Positions 1 to 8,948 of a DNA stretch of 56,099 bases are shown here, in pieces. A program made the position numbers and the translations under genes. How positions within the stretch are numbered: position 1 is the stretch's first letter; every line of letters begins with the position of its first letter. The notes beneath the pieces were generated by a model. The model searched no databases, was not told where the DNA came from, and saw only the letters and a program-made list of their open reading frames with translations. Source of the DNA: Omnitrophica bacterium GWA2_41_15 (GTDB taxonomy: Bacteria; Omnitrophota; Gorgyraeia; Gygaellales; UBA12090); assembly GCA_919901925.1 (NCBI GenBank), contig CAKKQA010000036.1:1-56099 (forward strand). The letters are read 5' to 3'.

Positions 1-150
1 CGCGCACAATTAGAAAATTTTTGCCAAAAGTCGGCAAGGATTTGCGGCGAATGAAACGAGCCTACTTAAGTAGAAAGATTGTCGGCGAGCGTAATAAGCC
101 GCAAACCGTAGCCGACGGCAAAAATTTTCGTGCGCGAACAGGGATTTCCA
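1..150. repeat. R170 long-hairpin repeat, copy 1 (left end cut by window edge)
   Basis: About 90 percent identical by eye to 13397..13568 and 49945..50115. It ends ...CGAACAGGGATTTCC. Confidence 0.85.
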
Positions 151-162
151 TTGCTTTGAGCT

Positions 163-1305
163 TTAATATAAACTGTAAGAATCCACTATCATTTGCGCGT
201 TAGAAAGCCCAAATTTTTTCAACGCATAATCTCTGCAGTTTTCTCTTAAAGTATTTAATCTTTCACGATTATGGAATAACTCAAGTATTGCCTTCTTAAA
301 TTCTTCTACAGACGGCTCTACCAATACGCCCACGCTTTCATTTACAGCTTCTGGAATCCCGCCACTGCGGGAAGCGACTACAGGCACACCACAAGAAAGC
401 GCCTCAATAATCACCCTGCCAAACCCTTCTTCATATTTCGAAGGCACACAAAGAATATCCGCGCTATTATAATAAAGGGGCAAATCTTTATTATCCACTT
501 TACCTACATAACGGATATTCGAAAATTTTCCCGATAAATGTTTAAGCTCATCCGCCAAAGGCCCATCGCCAATAAAAGCAAATAAAATATCCTCTTTAAT
601 ATCCCTGGCTAAATCACAAAGTATATCCATGCCCTTCTTCTCGATAAACCTACCGACAAAAAGAACCGTGAATTTATCCGGCCAGCCTAATGTCTGCCGT
701 GCCTCTTGGCGGCTGGATGGCGAAAAAATATTCTGGTCTATCCAATAGGTATAAACGCTGACGCAAGAAACAGACAAACCGATATTTACCAATTCACTCT
801 TTGAAGCTTCCGATAAAGTCAAAATCCTTTCTGACTTTTTTAATGACCATTTAACTAATTTTGTAAAAAGCGAACCCGGATTAAGGTTATAAATAGCGTG
901 GATACTTACAACCAGCCTTTTTCTAAATATTGCGGCAAGTATCCTGCCTATAAACGCGCAGTTAAAACCTTGCGCGTGAATAACAGAAATTTTCTCGCGG
1001 TATTTCAACAAAAAAAACAAGGCGTTAATGAATAACCATGGCGTAATGTATAAAAATTCTAAAACAGGACACGGTTCAAGTTTATGAAACAGATTAAACC
1101 CGATCCAGGATATCCTTCTTATATGTATATTGCCATACCGCTTGAAACACTCTCCTTTTACACAAGTAGTGATAGGCTGATAGGTTAGTATATAAACATT
1201 AAACCTGCCGTCTTTCTCCAGGTAATCAGTTAAATCCTGAAGATGCGTCTCCACCCCTCCGACGTTAGGAGGGTAGAATGGAGTCAAAATTAATATTCCG
1301 CTCAT
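163..1305 (-). CDS. Glycosyltransferase, GT4 (GT-B fold) family
   Basis: N-terminus ILILTPFYPPNVGGVETH and C-terminal EGFG..IIEALSCGVPVVAS motif are typical of GT4/RfaG-like enzymes. The stop codon is TAA. Confidence 0.8.
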   Translation of the reverse strand: MSGILILTPFYPPNVGGVETHLQDLTDYLEKDGRFNVYILTYQPITTCVKGECFKRYGNIHIRRISWIGFNLFHKLEPCPVLEFLYITPWLFINALFFLLKYREKISVIHAQGFNCAFIGRILAAIFRKRLVVSIHAIYNLNPGSLFTKLVKWSLKKSERILTLSEASKSELVNIGLSVSCVSVYTYWIDQNIFSPSSRQEARQTLGWPDKFTVLFVGRFIEKKGMDILCDLARDIKEDILFAFIGDGPLADELKHLSGKFSNIRYVGKVDNKDLPLYYNSADILCVPSKYEEGFGRVIIEALSCGVPVVASRSGGIPEAVNESVGVLVEPSVEEFKKAILELFHNRERLNTLRENCRDYALKKFGLSNAQMIVDSYSLY

Positions 1306-1309
1306 ATTA

Positions 1310-1379
1310 GTTACAGGTCACAAGAAAAAGCAAAAAAACATTTTTCTTTACATGTGACTTGTGACTTACGACTTGTGAC
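1310..1379. repeat. Heptad-armed inverted repeat, GACTTGT family
   Basis: GTTACAGGTCACAAG faces CATGTGACTTGTGACTTACGACTTGTGAC, with an AAGAAAAA/TTTTTCTT inner stem. It lies between the GT2 and GT4 genes. Confidence 0.65.
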
Positions 1380-1392
1380 ATCTTCATTCTGC

Positions 1393-2442
1393 TCATCTTA
1401 TATTCCATCCTTTGCGTTCTAATTTTTGATTAGTAAGTTTCCTGAATGTAACCTCAAGTCCATAAACCCATAGCGTTATTACGCAAGCAACAGGATGATA
1501 AAACCATGCCCTATCAGGCTTCTTGATATAACCTCTGATGGACTGAAGGAAAAGCGGCGCTACTGTGACGGAGAAAAAAATAAACCTTAACAGTTTAATG
1601 TTTCCCATCGTCTTCCAGGGATAATGCCTTGCGCCAAGCTTATTAAAATAAAGGTAATCTTTTATCCTTCTTTTCTGCTTCCTGATAAAAGAACGGGTAT
1701 TGCCGGAGAAAACATGCACAATCCCGGTTTTAACCTTAGCAAAGCGTATTACATCTGTTTTGTAAATTGTACATATCAAATCATAAATTATATCTATGTC
1801 AAAAAGGTATTCACCGACGCTGCATTTCTCCAATACTGACTTGCGGATCAGAAATCCGTTAGCTCCTATTGTAGGCAGCCATTCCTTATCAAATTGAAGC
1901 TTTAAATAACTTCCTTTATCTTCTTTTTTATGCGGCCTTCCGGTCCAGTTATTATTAAGCAGGCAATATCTGTCGTAATTACCGGCAAAGAGGCATATCG
2001 GGTCATTCATGCCCAGAAGGGCGCAATAGCGGGTAATCAAACCATCTTCTTTTCTATAAGTATAATATAACGGCTCTGAAGCGGCTATTTCATGGTCTTC
2101 AAACGGTGCTATCATCTCTCTTAGCCAGCTTTTATGCGGAAGGATATTATCGCTATCTATAAAAGCAAAAATCTCATTTCGAGCGGCCTTCGATGCTATT
2201 GCCTTTCCGGCTTCGCCGGTGATTAAACTATTTTCAATTAGTTTTACGGATAATAAAGCATTAACATTCTGAAACCGGCTTACAAGTTCTAATGTCCCGT
2301 CTGTCGAACCACCGTCGGCGATAACAAATTCTATTTTTTCATGAGGATATTCTTGAATTACGATACTTTCGAGGCACTGTTTTAATGTATCCCTACAGTT
2401 TAAGGTGGGAATAATAATGCTTATTGAAGGCAAATTATCCAT
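1393..2442 (-). CDS. Glycosyltransferase family 2
   Basis: ISIIIPTLN..., ADGGSTDGT and FIDSDN (DxD) are GT-A signatures. The C-terminal region is hydrophobic. Confidence 0.8.
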   Translation of the reverse strand: MDNLPSISIIIPTLNCRDTLKQCLESIVIQEYPHEKIEFVIADGGSTDGTLELVSRFQNVNALLSVKLIENSLITGEAGKAIASKAARNEIFAFIDSDNILPHKSWLREMIAPFEDHEIAASEPLYYTYRKEDGLITRYCALLGMNDPICLFAGNYDRYCLLNNNWTGRPHKKEDKGSYLKLQFDKEWLPTIGANGFLIRKSVLEKCSVGEYLFDIDIIYDLICTIYKTDVIRFAKVKTGIVHVFSGNTRSFIRKQKRRIKDYLYFNKLGARHYPWKTMGNIKLLRFIFFSVTVAPLFLQSIRGYIKKPDRAWFYHPVACVITLWVYGLEVTFRKLTNQKLERKGWNIR

Positions 2443-2507
2443 AAAAAAAACCGGAAATAAAGAATGCTCGCACAGATTCGGCTACAATCCGTGGCAAAGC
2501 CTCTATG

Positions 2508-2771
2508 TTATTTATATAATTTACTGTATCTACGGCTTAAAAAAAGCGCGATTAGCAAAATCGTAAATGTGATGATATTAGCCATTATGAGGATCGCGTC
2601 TTTACGGTAAAGGCCGTAAACAATCCAAAGGCTAGTGCCGATTGAAAGCTGAATCAAGGTAATTATGCTGATATCCTTGGCTGATTTTGTTTTATATATC
2701 TTGATGACCTGCGGGACAAACGCGAATGTCGTAAGGCTCGCCGCTGTTATACCTATTAATTGCCAGATCAT
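2508..2771 (-). CDS. SemiSWEET / PQ-loop (MtN3-like) small membrane protein
   Basis: 87 aa with 3 predicted TM helices and the motif FAFVPQVIKIYKTKSAKDIS (PQ-loop). Confidence 0.7.
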   Translation of the reverse strand: MIWQLIGITAASLTTFAFVPQVIKIYKTKSAKDISIITLIQLSIGTSLWIVYGLYRKDAILIMANIITFTILLIALFLSRRYSKLYK

Positions 2772-2861
2772 ATTTTTTATAGTAACCCCAAAGGTGAATT
2801 TAAGAAAACTTTCTAAATACGGTTATCAGATTATCAGTAGACAGACTATCAAAAAACAGAT

Positions 2862-2890
2862 GTAGTGACAGCACACTGTGCTGTCACTAC
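2862..2890. repeat. Pal29 palindrome, variant copy (GTAGTGACAGCACACTGTGCTGTCACTAC)
   Basis: This is a perfect 29-nt palindrome. It is intergenic, between the rSAM gene and the SemiSWEET gene. Confidence 0.85.
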
Positions 2891-2915
2891 ACGAGAACGG
2901 GATTGTTTTTTTTGC

Positions 2916-4424
2916 CTATTTTTTCGCTCCTGCCTTAAAGTCGAAAATGTGGCCAAATACCCTCGGAAACGCCCTAAAGAAGAATGCGAAATCGCCGAGG
3001 CTAGAAATTGAAGTCAGCCTATTAAAAATAAACTCCGGATGTAAAGCAACCCTATAAAGTGACTGCACCAGGCTCATGATTTTTTCGTCGTTAATAGGGC
3101 TTTTCATCACCGGTTCCTTCATATCATAACGCTGCCAATCAGTAGTCTTTAACCATTCATTAGCTTTACATTCTTCAAATAAAGGCGAACCCGGATAAGG
3201 TATTACCACAGTTGCCTGCATTGTGTAGGCGTAACCTTTTTTTAAAAGCCATTGGCCAAGCTTTAATGTTTTAACGGCTTCTTCGTAAGTTTCCCAAGGA
3301 TATCCGAACATCACTGTAATATGCGGATACAACCCGCTTTTACGGGCTAATTTACAGGAATCGATGATCTGCTGAACAGTAAGATTTTTATTGATCCTAT
3401 CCAAAGTATTCTGGTTCGCGGATTCCAAGCCAAACAACAAAAGCCGAAACCCCGCGCGCTTCATCAGGCGGTAATCTTCAGCGCTCAATGCCCCGAAACG
3501 CATATTGCAGTCAAAATTAACTCTTTTGTTTAACCCGCGGCTGATCATCCCGTTAGAGAAATCCTTAAGCCACTGGCCAGCCGACAGGCTTCCGGAATCA
3601 TCCATAATTTCTTGGACGCCGTATTTCTCAACCAATAGGCTTACTTCCTCTAAAACATTTCCCGGCGTACGGCTGCGGTATTGAGGGTAAAGCGCCGGCC
3701 AAGAACAAAATGTACAACGGCCCCACCAGCAATCCCTTGCCGACATAATATAAGTCCCCGGGGTATTTTTATAATTGCCGTTTTCATAGGCATAAAGCTT
3801 CCAATTGGTCAAATCACGATCTATGAAAGGCAAAACATCAAGATTATGGTTAAGCTGAAATTTCCCGGTATTTTTTACCTGCCCATTTTCCCGATAATAT
3901 ATCCCCGGCTCTAATTTAGTCGTTAGTTGACCAATAGCCTGTAAATCACGAAGATAACTGCATAAATTAAACAACAAAAAGTCATAATCTCCGCCGGTAA
4001 TCACAAAATCGACCTTGCTATTCTCAAACGACTCTTCCGGCAAGGCCGTAACATGATCCCCAAGTAACACGACCTTAGGGCTTAACCTTTGCCCCTTTCC
4101 GCCGGAGGCGGATCCGCCTACGGCGGAAACCCTATCAATGATCTCCCAGTGTTCTTTTACTACAGGTGTTTTAGTCTCTATTGCTATGACATCGGGCTTC
4201 TCTTCCTGAATAAAAGCATAAAATCTCTCTAAATCCCAGCCTTCGGCAATGCAATCCTTCCATACGACTTTAAAGCCTTCTTTCTTCAAAAGCGTTGCGG
4301 CTGTAGCAGGAACCACCGGATATATATATGTCGGCCTCTTAAAGTATTGGAATTGGCGGTTTTGAGATAATAGAGGAATTCCTTTAGCGGTATTTAAGGG
4401 AGGATAAGTTATGACAACTTTCAT
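2916..4424 (-). CDS. B12-binding-domain radical SAM protein (class B rSAM)
   Basis: The N-terminal Rossmann-like cobalamin-domain pattern is followed by the CTFCSWP (CxxxCxxC-type) cluster motif. The stop codon is TAG. Confidence 0.8.
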   Translation of the reverse strand: MKVVITYPPLNTAKGIPLLSQNRQFQYFKRPTYIYPVVPATAATLLKKEGFKVVWKDCIAEGWDLERFYAFIQEEKPDVIAIETKTPVVKEHWEIIDRVSAVGGSASGGKGQRLSPKVVLLGDHVTALPEESFENSKVDFVITGGDYDFLLFNLCSYLRDLQAIGQLTTKLEPGIYYRENGQVKNTGKFQLNHNLDVLPFIDRDLTNWKLYAYENGNYKNTPGTYIMSARDCWWGRCTFCSWPALYPQYRSRTPGNVLEEVSLLVEKYGVQEIMDDSGSLSAGQWLKDFSNGMISRGLNKRVNFDCNMRFGALSAEDYRLMKRAGFRLLLFGLESANQNTLDRINKNLTVQQIIDSCKLARKSGLYPHITVMFGYPWETYEEAVKTLKLGQWLLKKGYAYTMQATVVIPYPGSPLFEECKANEWLKTTDWQRYDMKEPVMKSPINDEKIMSLVQSLYRVALHPEFIFNRLTSISSLGDFAFFFRAFPRVFGHIFDFKAGAKK

Positions 4425-4467
4425 TCTTCTTTTAGCCTCTGGTAATCCGAATTTTTCATATGATTAA

Positions 4468-4510
4468 CAATAGAAAAATTCGCTTGAGCAATCCAACGGA
4501 TTGCTCAAGC
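4468..4510 (-). terminator. Putative intrinsic terminator after the interrupted GT2
   Basis: A perfect 13-bp stem GCTTGAGCAATCC/GGATTGCTCAAGC (4482..4510) is followed on the minus strand by GAAUUUUUCUAUU. A second GCAA-looped hairpin lies at 4515..4542. Confidence 0.5.
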
Positions 4511-4535
4511 CGCAAGGTTAAATCTCGCAAGAGAT

Positions 4536-5576
4536 TTAACCTGTTTTGCGGGATAATCCAAAAAACTCCTCCGGGAGATTTCGGGATAATAAGCCCTTAA
4601 TAAAGTACAAACCATAGACGATGTGGCTTATTATTATACCCCAGAAAACTAAAAATATCAATCCTATATGAGACATAAAGATTGATACTGAGCGGCCATT
4701 TTTTTGGGGCCGCGAATGTATCAAACGAAAGTCCGAGGATAAACCGGACAAAAAAACCATAAAAAGGTAAAAACCAACTGCACAAAAATACGGAATTCTG
4801 ATTATAGGTAGAAAAGGCAGGCTGAAACAACCGATTGCTAATCCTAATATAAATATCGAAGGCAAAAAATAAGAGATTTTTAAAGAATTTTCAGGAAATC
4901 TTTTAACAAAATACCCCCTGTGCAGGGCATAATTAGCTATCTGCTTCAGGTGTCCGGCAAACAAACTGCGACGGTGATGATACACCAAAACATCAGGATC
5001 ATATACAATTTTCTTTTTAAAATTATGGGCTATTTTCAAGCACAAAAACGTGTCCTCTCCAGGCTAAAATTTAGTATCAAAACCGCCCACAGCCTGTAAT
5101 ACCGACTTTCTTACCAAGAAATTACATGACGGATAATCATCCACCTTCTGTTCTGCTTTCGGCATATACCTGTAAACGTACGGCCCGCTGACTAACCAGT
5201 TGCAATAAACCAGGCCGCTTGCCTTTTGCCTTAAACTATCCGTATCAGGCGTAACAGACGGCCCCCCTACCGCTGCTATTTCAGGATCAAGAAAATGCTT
5301 CAATGCTTCATTAAGCCAACCCTTAACCGGATAAGCGTCATCATCAAGAAAAGCGATAATCTCTCCCTTTGCTTTATCTTGAGCTATGTCTCTTTTTTGT
5401 GGAGGAGTTAACGGGCCGGTAGGAATAACAGTTGTTTTAGGATAGCTTAAGCCTATCTTCTCATCAGGCAAAACCAAAATCTCAAAATCCTGATAATCTA
5501 ACTTGAGGCAGGCTTCGATACATTGCCGCAAATTAGGGTTATCGGACTTAACTGCTATTATTATCGAAACGGTCAT
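4536..5576 (-). pseudogene. Glycosyltransferase family 2 interrupted by one in-frame TAG (ORFs 5064..5576 and 4536..5045 share one frame)
   Basis: The minus strand reads ...GGFDTKF-TAG-PGEDTFLCLKIAHN..., that is GT2 N-half, stop at 5064..5066, then the GT2 ED-containing C-half. I checked the frame continuity codon by codon. Confidence 0.6.
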
Positions 5577-6303
5577 AATATTTTAGGATATATGTCCTAT
5601 ACCAAATAGCCATAGTATCAAGCCAAGTAGTCCACATAGCATAAAAACCCACCCTGCCCCAACGCTGTTTAGCGTCTAAAACAACAGGCGCTTCGGCTAT
5701 TTTATAACCTAACCTATGGACATTCACCAGAATTTCCAAATCATAACCATAAGCCTTAACCAAAACTCTCGGAAAAACCTTTTTTAAAACTTCATATTTA
5801 AACAGCTTCAAGCCTGTCTGCGTATCGCGTATGGGAAGCCCGAATAAAATTTTAATAAAGAAAAAATAGACGGTGCTTATAAACCTTCTTTGCAAAGCAT
5901 AATTCAGTTTAGAATTAGGGTGGCGCTTGGAACCTATGACAACATCCGCGTCATCAAGCCGCATAATATCAAAAAAGGTCTGTATCTGGGCAGGATGCAA
6001 TTCCATATCCGCGTCGAGAAATACCACATAATCGCCGCTTGCGTGGCGAAAACCCACCTTAAGCGCCCGGCCTTTGCCGTAATTTTCCTTGATTTTCTTA
6101 ACAATAACCTGCGGGTATCGCGCGGAAACTTTTAAAGCCTCCGGATAAGTATCATCCGTGCTTCCGTCATCAACGAGAATAATTTCGTAATCACAGCCAA
6201 AAGCATCAAAAACACTCATAACCTCTCTGAGATTACCTGCTATTATTTTTCCTTCATTATAAGCCGGAATTATTATCGAAACCTTACCGTTGATATTCTT
6301 CAT
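5548..6303 (-). CDS. GT2 polyprenyl-phosphate glycosyltransferase-like (DPM1/GtrB-like)
   Basis: VSIIIPAYNE, LVDDGSTDDT and FLDADM resemble dolichyl/undecaprenyl-phosphate sugar synthases. Confidence 0.75.
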   Translation of the reverse strand: MKNINGKVSIIIPAYNEGKIIAGNLREVMSVFDAFGCDYEIILVDDGSTDDTYPEALKVSARYPQVIVKKIKENYGKGRALKVGFRHASGDYVVFLDADMELHPAQIQTFFDIMRLDDADVVIGSKRHPNSKLNYALQRRFISTVYFFFIKILFGLPIRDTQTGLKLFKYEVLKKVFPRVLVKAYGYDLEILVNVHRLGYKIAEAPVVLDAKQRWGRVGFYAMWTTWLDTMAIWYRTYILKYYDRFDNNSS

Positions 6304-6307
6304 GGCT

Positions 6308-7534
6308 CTATTTCGTTGTTCGCGCGAACGCGGATTTTAGGTTCATAGCAAAGATTACCAGCGAATTAACCAACACAATACTTATTACCCAGAAAATATT
6401 TTTATGGAGAAGCGCGATAGCCGCAATCTGTAAAACCGTCGCTATAATAAGCGGCCTTATAAAATAATATTTTTCAGTAGAAAGCTGATAAGAAAAAAGT
6501 ATATTATTCACCGCCAAAAAGAACATCGCGAAGCTAAAAAAACGGCCTAAAGCTATGCTCTCGGACGAAGATGAACCGGTCAATATCCTAAGGCATACAT
6601 GAGGGAACAAATTGTATATCGCGGCCGCTAATAAACACACCGCGCATGTAAAAACAAGGCTCTGTTTTAAGACATTACGCGAATCACTATTAGTAGCATG
6701 AAGCCCTGACGCGCGGGAAAACAAAACTACGCTAGCCATCCCAGGGAGAAAAAAAACAATTTTACCGACCATCTGGGCAAAAGAGTACGCGGAGGCTTCT
6801 TTTACGAAAAAATGCTTTACCATTACCATGTCGATATTTGTAAGCAAGGCCATACATAAAGAAACGCATAAAACAGGAAAAATATAAAAATACAGCTTCT
6901 TTAAATCTACGTTCTTCGCGGGCTTAGACAAGAATAAAAACCTCACCGGAAGAGCGCTTAACGTTACCCCTAAAAATACCGCTACCAAAAATCCTAAGAG
7001 GGCTCCGTTAAGAGGCGAAAAAAACTTAACCATACCGACTGAAAATGCCAGCTTTAAAAAACCCGAAAGCACCATCACAAAAGCCAGCCAGTTAAACTTT
7101 TCTAACCCCTGCAAAACTCCTGTAAAAGGAGCGGATATCCCGGTCAGAAAAAATATCCCGCCTAAAATTATAATAGCCGTTTGTGAGTCTAAATGCAAAA
7201 AACCGGATATACCGCGGCTAAACACAACAACAATAAAAAAAACCACGCAGGAGAAAATCAAAGCGTGGGCTGATAGCTTCCGCCAAATACTTTTTAGCTC
7301 TTCTGATTCGTTTCTGGCATTACTTGAAGAGATATGCTTAGTAAGCATTATCGAAAAAGCGGCCAGAGGAACCGTGATAATGGTCAGTAAAGAAAGGAGA
7401 GAATTTAAACCGGCGAATAAAGCAGGTGAAAGCAGGCGTGCCATCACAAGCTGATACAAAAGGTTAAAAAGCGCCCCTGTATTGGCGGCGAGAAAAATTA
7501 CAATATTGTTTTTAATAAATTTGTCTATCTGCAT
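6308..7534 (-). CDS. Polysaccharide flippase-like polytopic membrane protein (MOP/Wzx-like)
   Basis: 408 aa with about 12 hydrophobic segments, located in a GT cluster. There is no catalytic motif, so the call rests on topology and context. Confidence 0.6.
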   Translation of the reverse strand: MQIDKFIKNNIVIFLAANTGALFNLLYQLVMARLLSPALFAGLNSLLSLLTIITVPLAAFSIMLTKHISSSNARNESEELKSIWRKLSAHALIFSCVVFFIVVVFSRGISGFLHLDSQTAIIILGGIFFLTGISAPFTGVLQGLEKFNWLAFVMVLSGFLKLAFSVGMVKFFSPLNGALLGFLVAVFLGVTLSALPVRFLFLSKPAKNVDLKKLYFYIFPVLCVSLCMALLTNIDMVMVKHFFVKEASAYSFAQMVGKIVFFLPGMASVVLFSRASGLHATNSDSRNVLKQSLVFTCAVCLLAAAIYNLFPHVCLRILTGSSSSESIALGRFFSFAMFFLAVNNILFSYQLSTEKYYFIRPLIIATVLQIAAIALLHKNIFWVISIVLVNSLVIFAMNLKSAFARTTK

Positions 7535-7553
7535 TCAATAACACGGATTTTTT

Positions 7554-7609
7554 ATCTGTGCCCATCTGTGTCTACGTCACTTAGCACGAAATCTGTGCCT
7601 ATCTGTGTA
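7554..7609 (-). promoter_or_regulatory. Two copies of an 18-19 nt direct repeat (four CACAGAT boxes) upstream of the flippase gene
   Basis: ATCTGTGCCCATCTGTGTC lies at 7554..7572 and ATCTGTGCCTATCTGTGTA at 7591..7609. The second copy overlaps the tyrS stop codon. Confidence 0.4.
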
Positions 7610-8771
7610 TAATTATTTTCAGGAAACGGCGGGTACCGACTTTTAGCAAGCCGGATTCGGTTATTTTGAAGTTTTCGTCGGTGATTTTCTTATTCTGGAA
7701 ACTCACCGCCTGCTGCTCTATGAGGCGGCGGGCTTCATTCCTGGAACTTATAAGTTTGCTATCTGTCAAGACATCCAAAATATTCCCTTGCGCTTTTGCA
7801 GTATACTCTTCTATTATTTCCGGAGTTTCTTTATCCTTAAACACTTTTTCAAAATTTTCTCTGGCCTTAAAGGCTTCGTCTTTTCCATGGTATTGTTCCA
7901 CTAAAATCCTAGCCAGGTTTTTCTTGGCCTCCATTGGATGCATCTTCTTAACCACGGTAAGGTCTTCCTCAGTTAGAAGCTCATAATATTTAAACATAAG
8001 CTCATCGTTTATAGACATTGTCTTGCCAAAAATCTCAACTGCCGGCTCGTTAATACCTATATAATTCCCCAGGGACTTACTCATCTTATTAACGCCATCG
8101 GTCCCTTCCAAAAGCGGCATCATAACAATTGCCTGCTGTGGGAGGCCGTAATCCTTCTGGAGCTCTCTGGCTAACAGCAGATTAAATTTCTGGTCCGTGC
8201 CGCCAAGCTCCACATCTGCCTCAAGATAAACCGAATCATAGGCCTGTAAAAGCGGATAGAGAAATTCATGCGCTCCTATTTCAATGTCATCTTTAAGGCG
8301 CTTTTTAAAATCAGCGCGGGCCAATATCTGTGAAACTGTTGAATGTTTCATCAAATCCAAACAATCATATATCGACATTTTGGAAAACCAATCATTATTA
8401 AAGACTACTTTTGTTTTGGAGGAATCGAGTATTTTAAAGGCCTGCTGTTTATAAGTGGAGGCGTTTTTTGAGATATCTTCGTTTGCCATCGGCGGACGGG
8501 CCTTGTTCTGGCCGGTAGGGTCGCCTATACGCGCGGTAAAATCGCCGATCAAAAAATAAACCATGTGGCCCAAGTCTTGAAACTGCCGCAGCTTATTCAG
8601 CAGTACAGTATGGCCTAAATGTATATCAGGAGCCGTTGGGTCAAAACCGGCTTTTACTTTTAGCGGCCTGCCGCTCTTAATGCTGAAGGAGAGCTTATCC
8701 CTAAGCTCTCCTTCATTGATTATTTCAGCACTGCCGCGCTTTATCTTATCTAACTGCTTTTGCAGTTCCAT
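7599..8771 (-). CDS. tyrS: Tyrosine--tRNA ligase
   Basis: The HIGH motif (HLGH), KMSKS motif and a C-terminal S4-like domain are present. Confidence 0.95.
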   Translation of the reverse strand: MELQKQLDKIKRGSAEIINEGELRDKLSFSIKSGRPLKVKAGFDPTAPDIHLGHTVLLNKLRQFQDLGHMVYFLIGDFTARIGDPTGQNKARPPMANEDISKNASTYKQQAFKILDSSKTKVVFNNDWFSKMSIYDCLDLMKHSTVSQILARADFKKRLKDDIEIGAHEFLYPLLQAYDSVYLEADVELGGTDQKFNLLLARELQKDYGLPQQAIVMMPLLEGTDGVNKMSKSLGNYIGINEPAVEIFGKTMSINDELMFKYYELLTEEDLTVVKKMHPMEAKKNLARILVEQYHGKDEAFKARENFEKVFKDKETPEIIEEYTAKAQGNILDVLTDSKLISSRNEARRLIEQQAVSFQNKKITDENFKITESGLLKVGTRRFLKIIIHR

Positions 8772-8948
8772 TTTTTAGAGTTTGGCTAATTAAAAATGTT
8801 ACTGCGAAGCCATACCGTTGTTTGCAAGTTGAATGGCGTAGCAGAATTATTCTTCTTCGCTCCTCAACACCCCAACACTGGTAGAGCTTCGAAGGAATAA
8901 TTGCTACGAAGCCCTACTATCGCCTACTTCTTGAAGGGCGAAGTAGAA

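Noticed and set aside
21-203. A 60-aa plus-strand ORF at the window start.
   Set aside because: It lies entirely within the R170 hairpin repeat. It has an Arg/Lys-rich, low-complexity translation, no RBS, and the equivalent ORF is not preserved in the other two copies.
4597-4830. A 77-aa minus-strand ORF nested in a different frame within the GT2 C-terminal half.
   Set aside because: It overlaps the frame that continues the GT2 homology, and it has no start context. It is a by-product of T-rich membrane-segment codons.
5064-5066. The in-frame TAG as programmed recoding (pyrrolysine, a reassigned amber codon, or readthrough).
   Set aside because: TAG terminates at least six well-defined genes in this window at positions consistent with homologue lengths. 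No pyl-type genes or downstream PYLIS-like context were seen. A single TGG-to-TAG transition is the simpler explanation.
8772-8948. A possible T-box riboswitch in the 177-nt tyrS leader.
   Set aside because: The minus-strand leader lacks the conserved T-box sequence (..GGTGGTACCGCG..-like) and the AGAGA/GNUGGA elements. It instead contains imperfect CTTCG(T/C)AGCAA-type hairpins like other repeats here.
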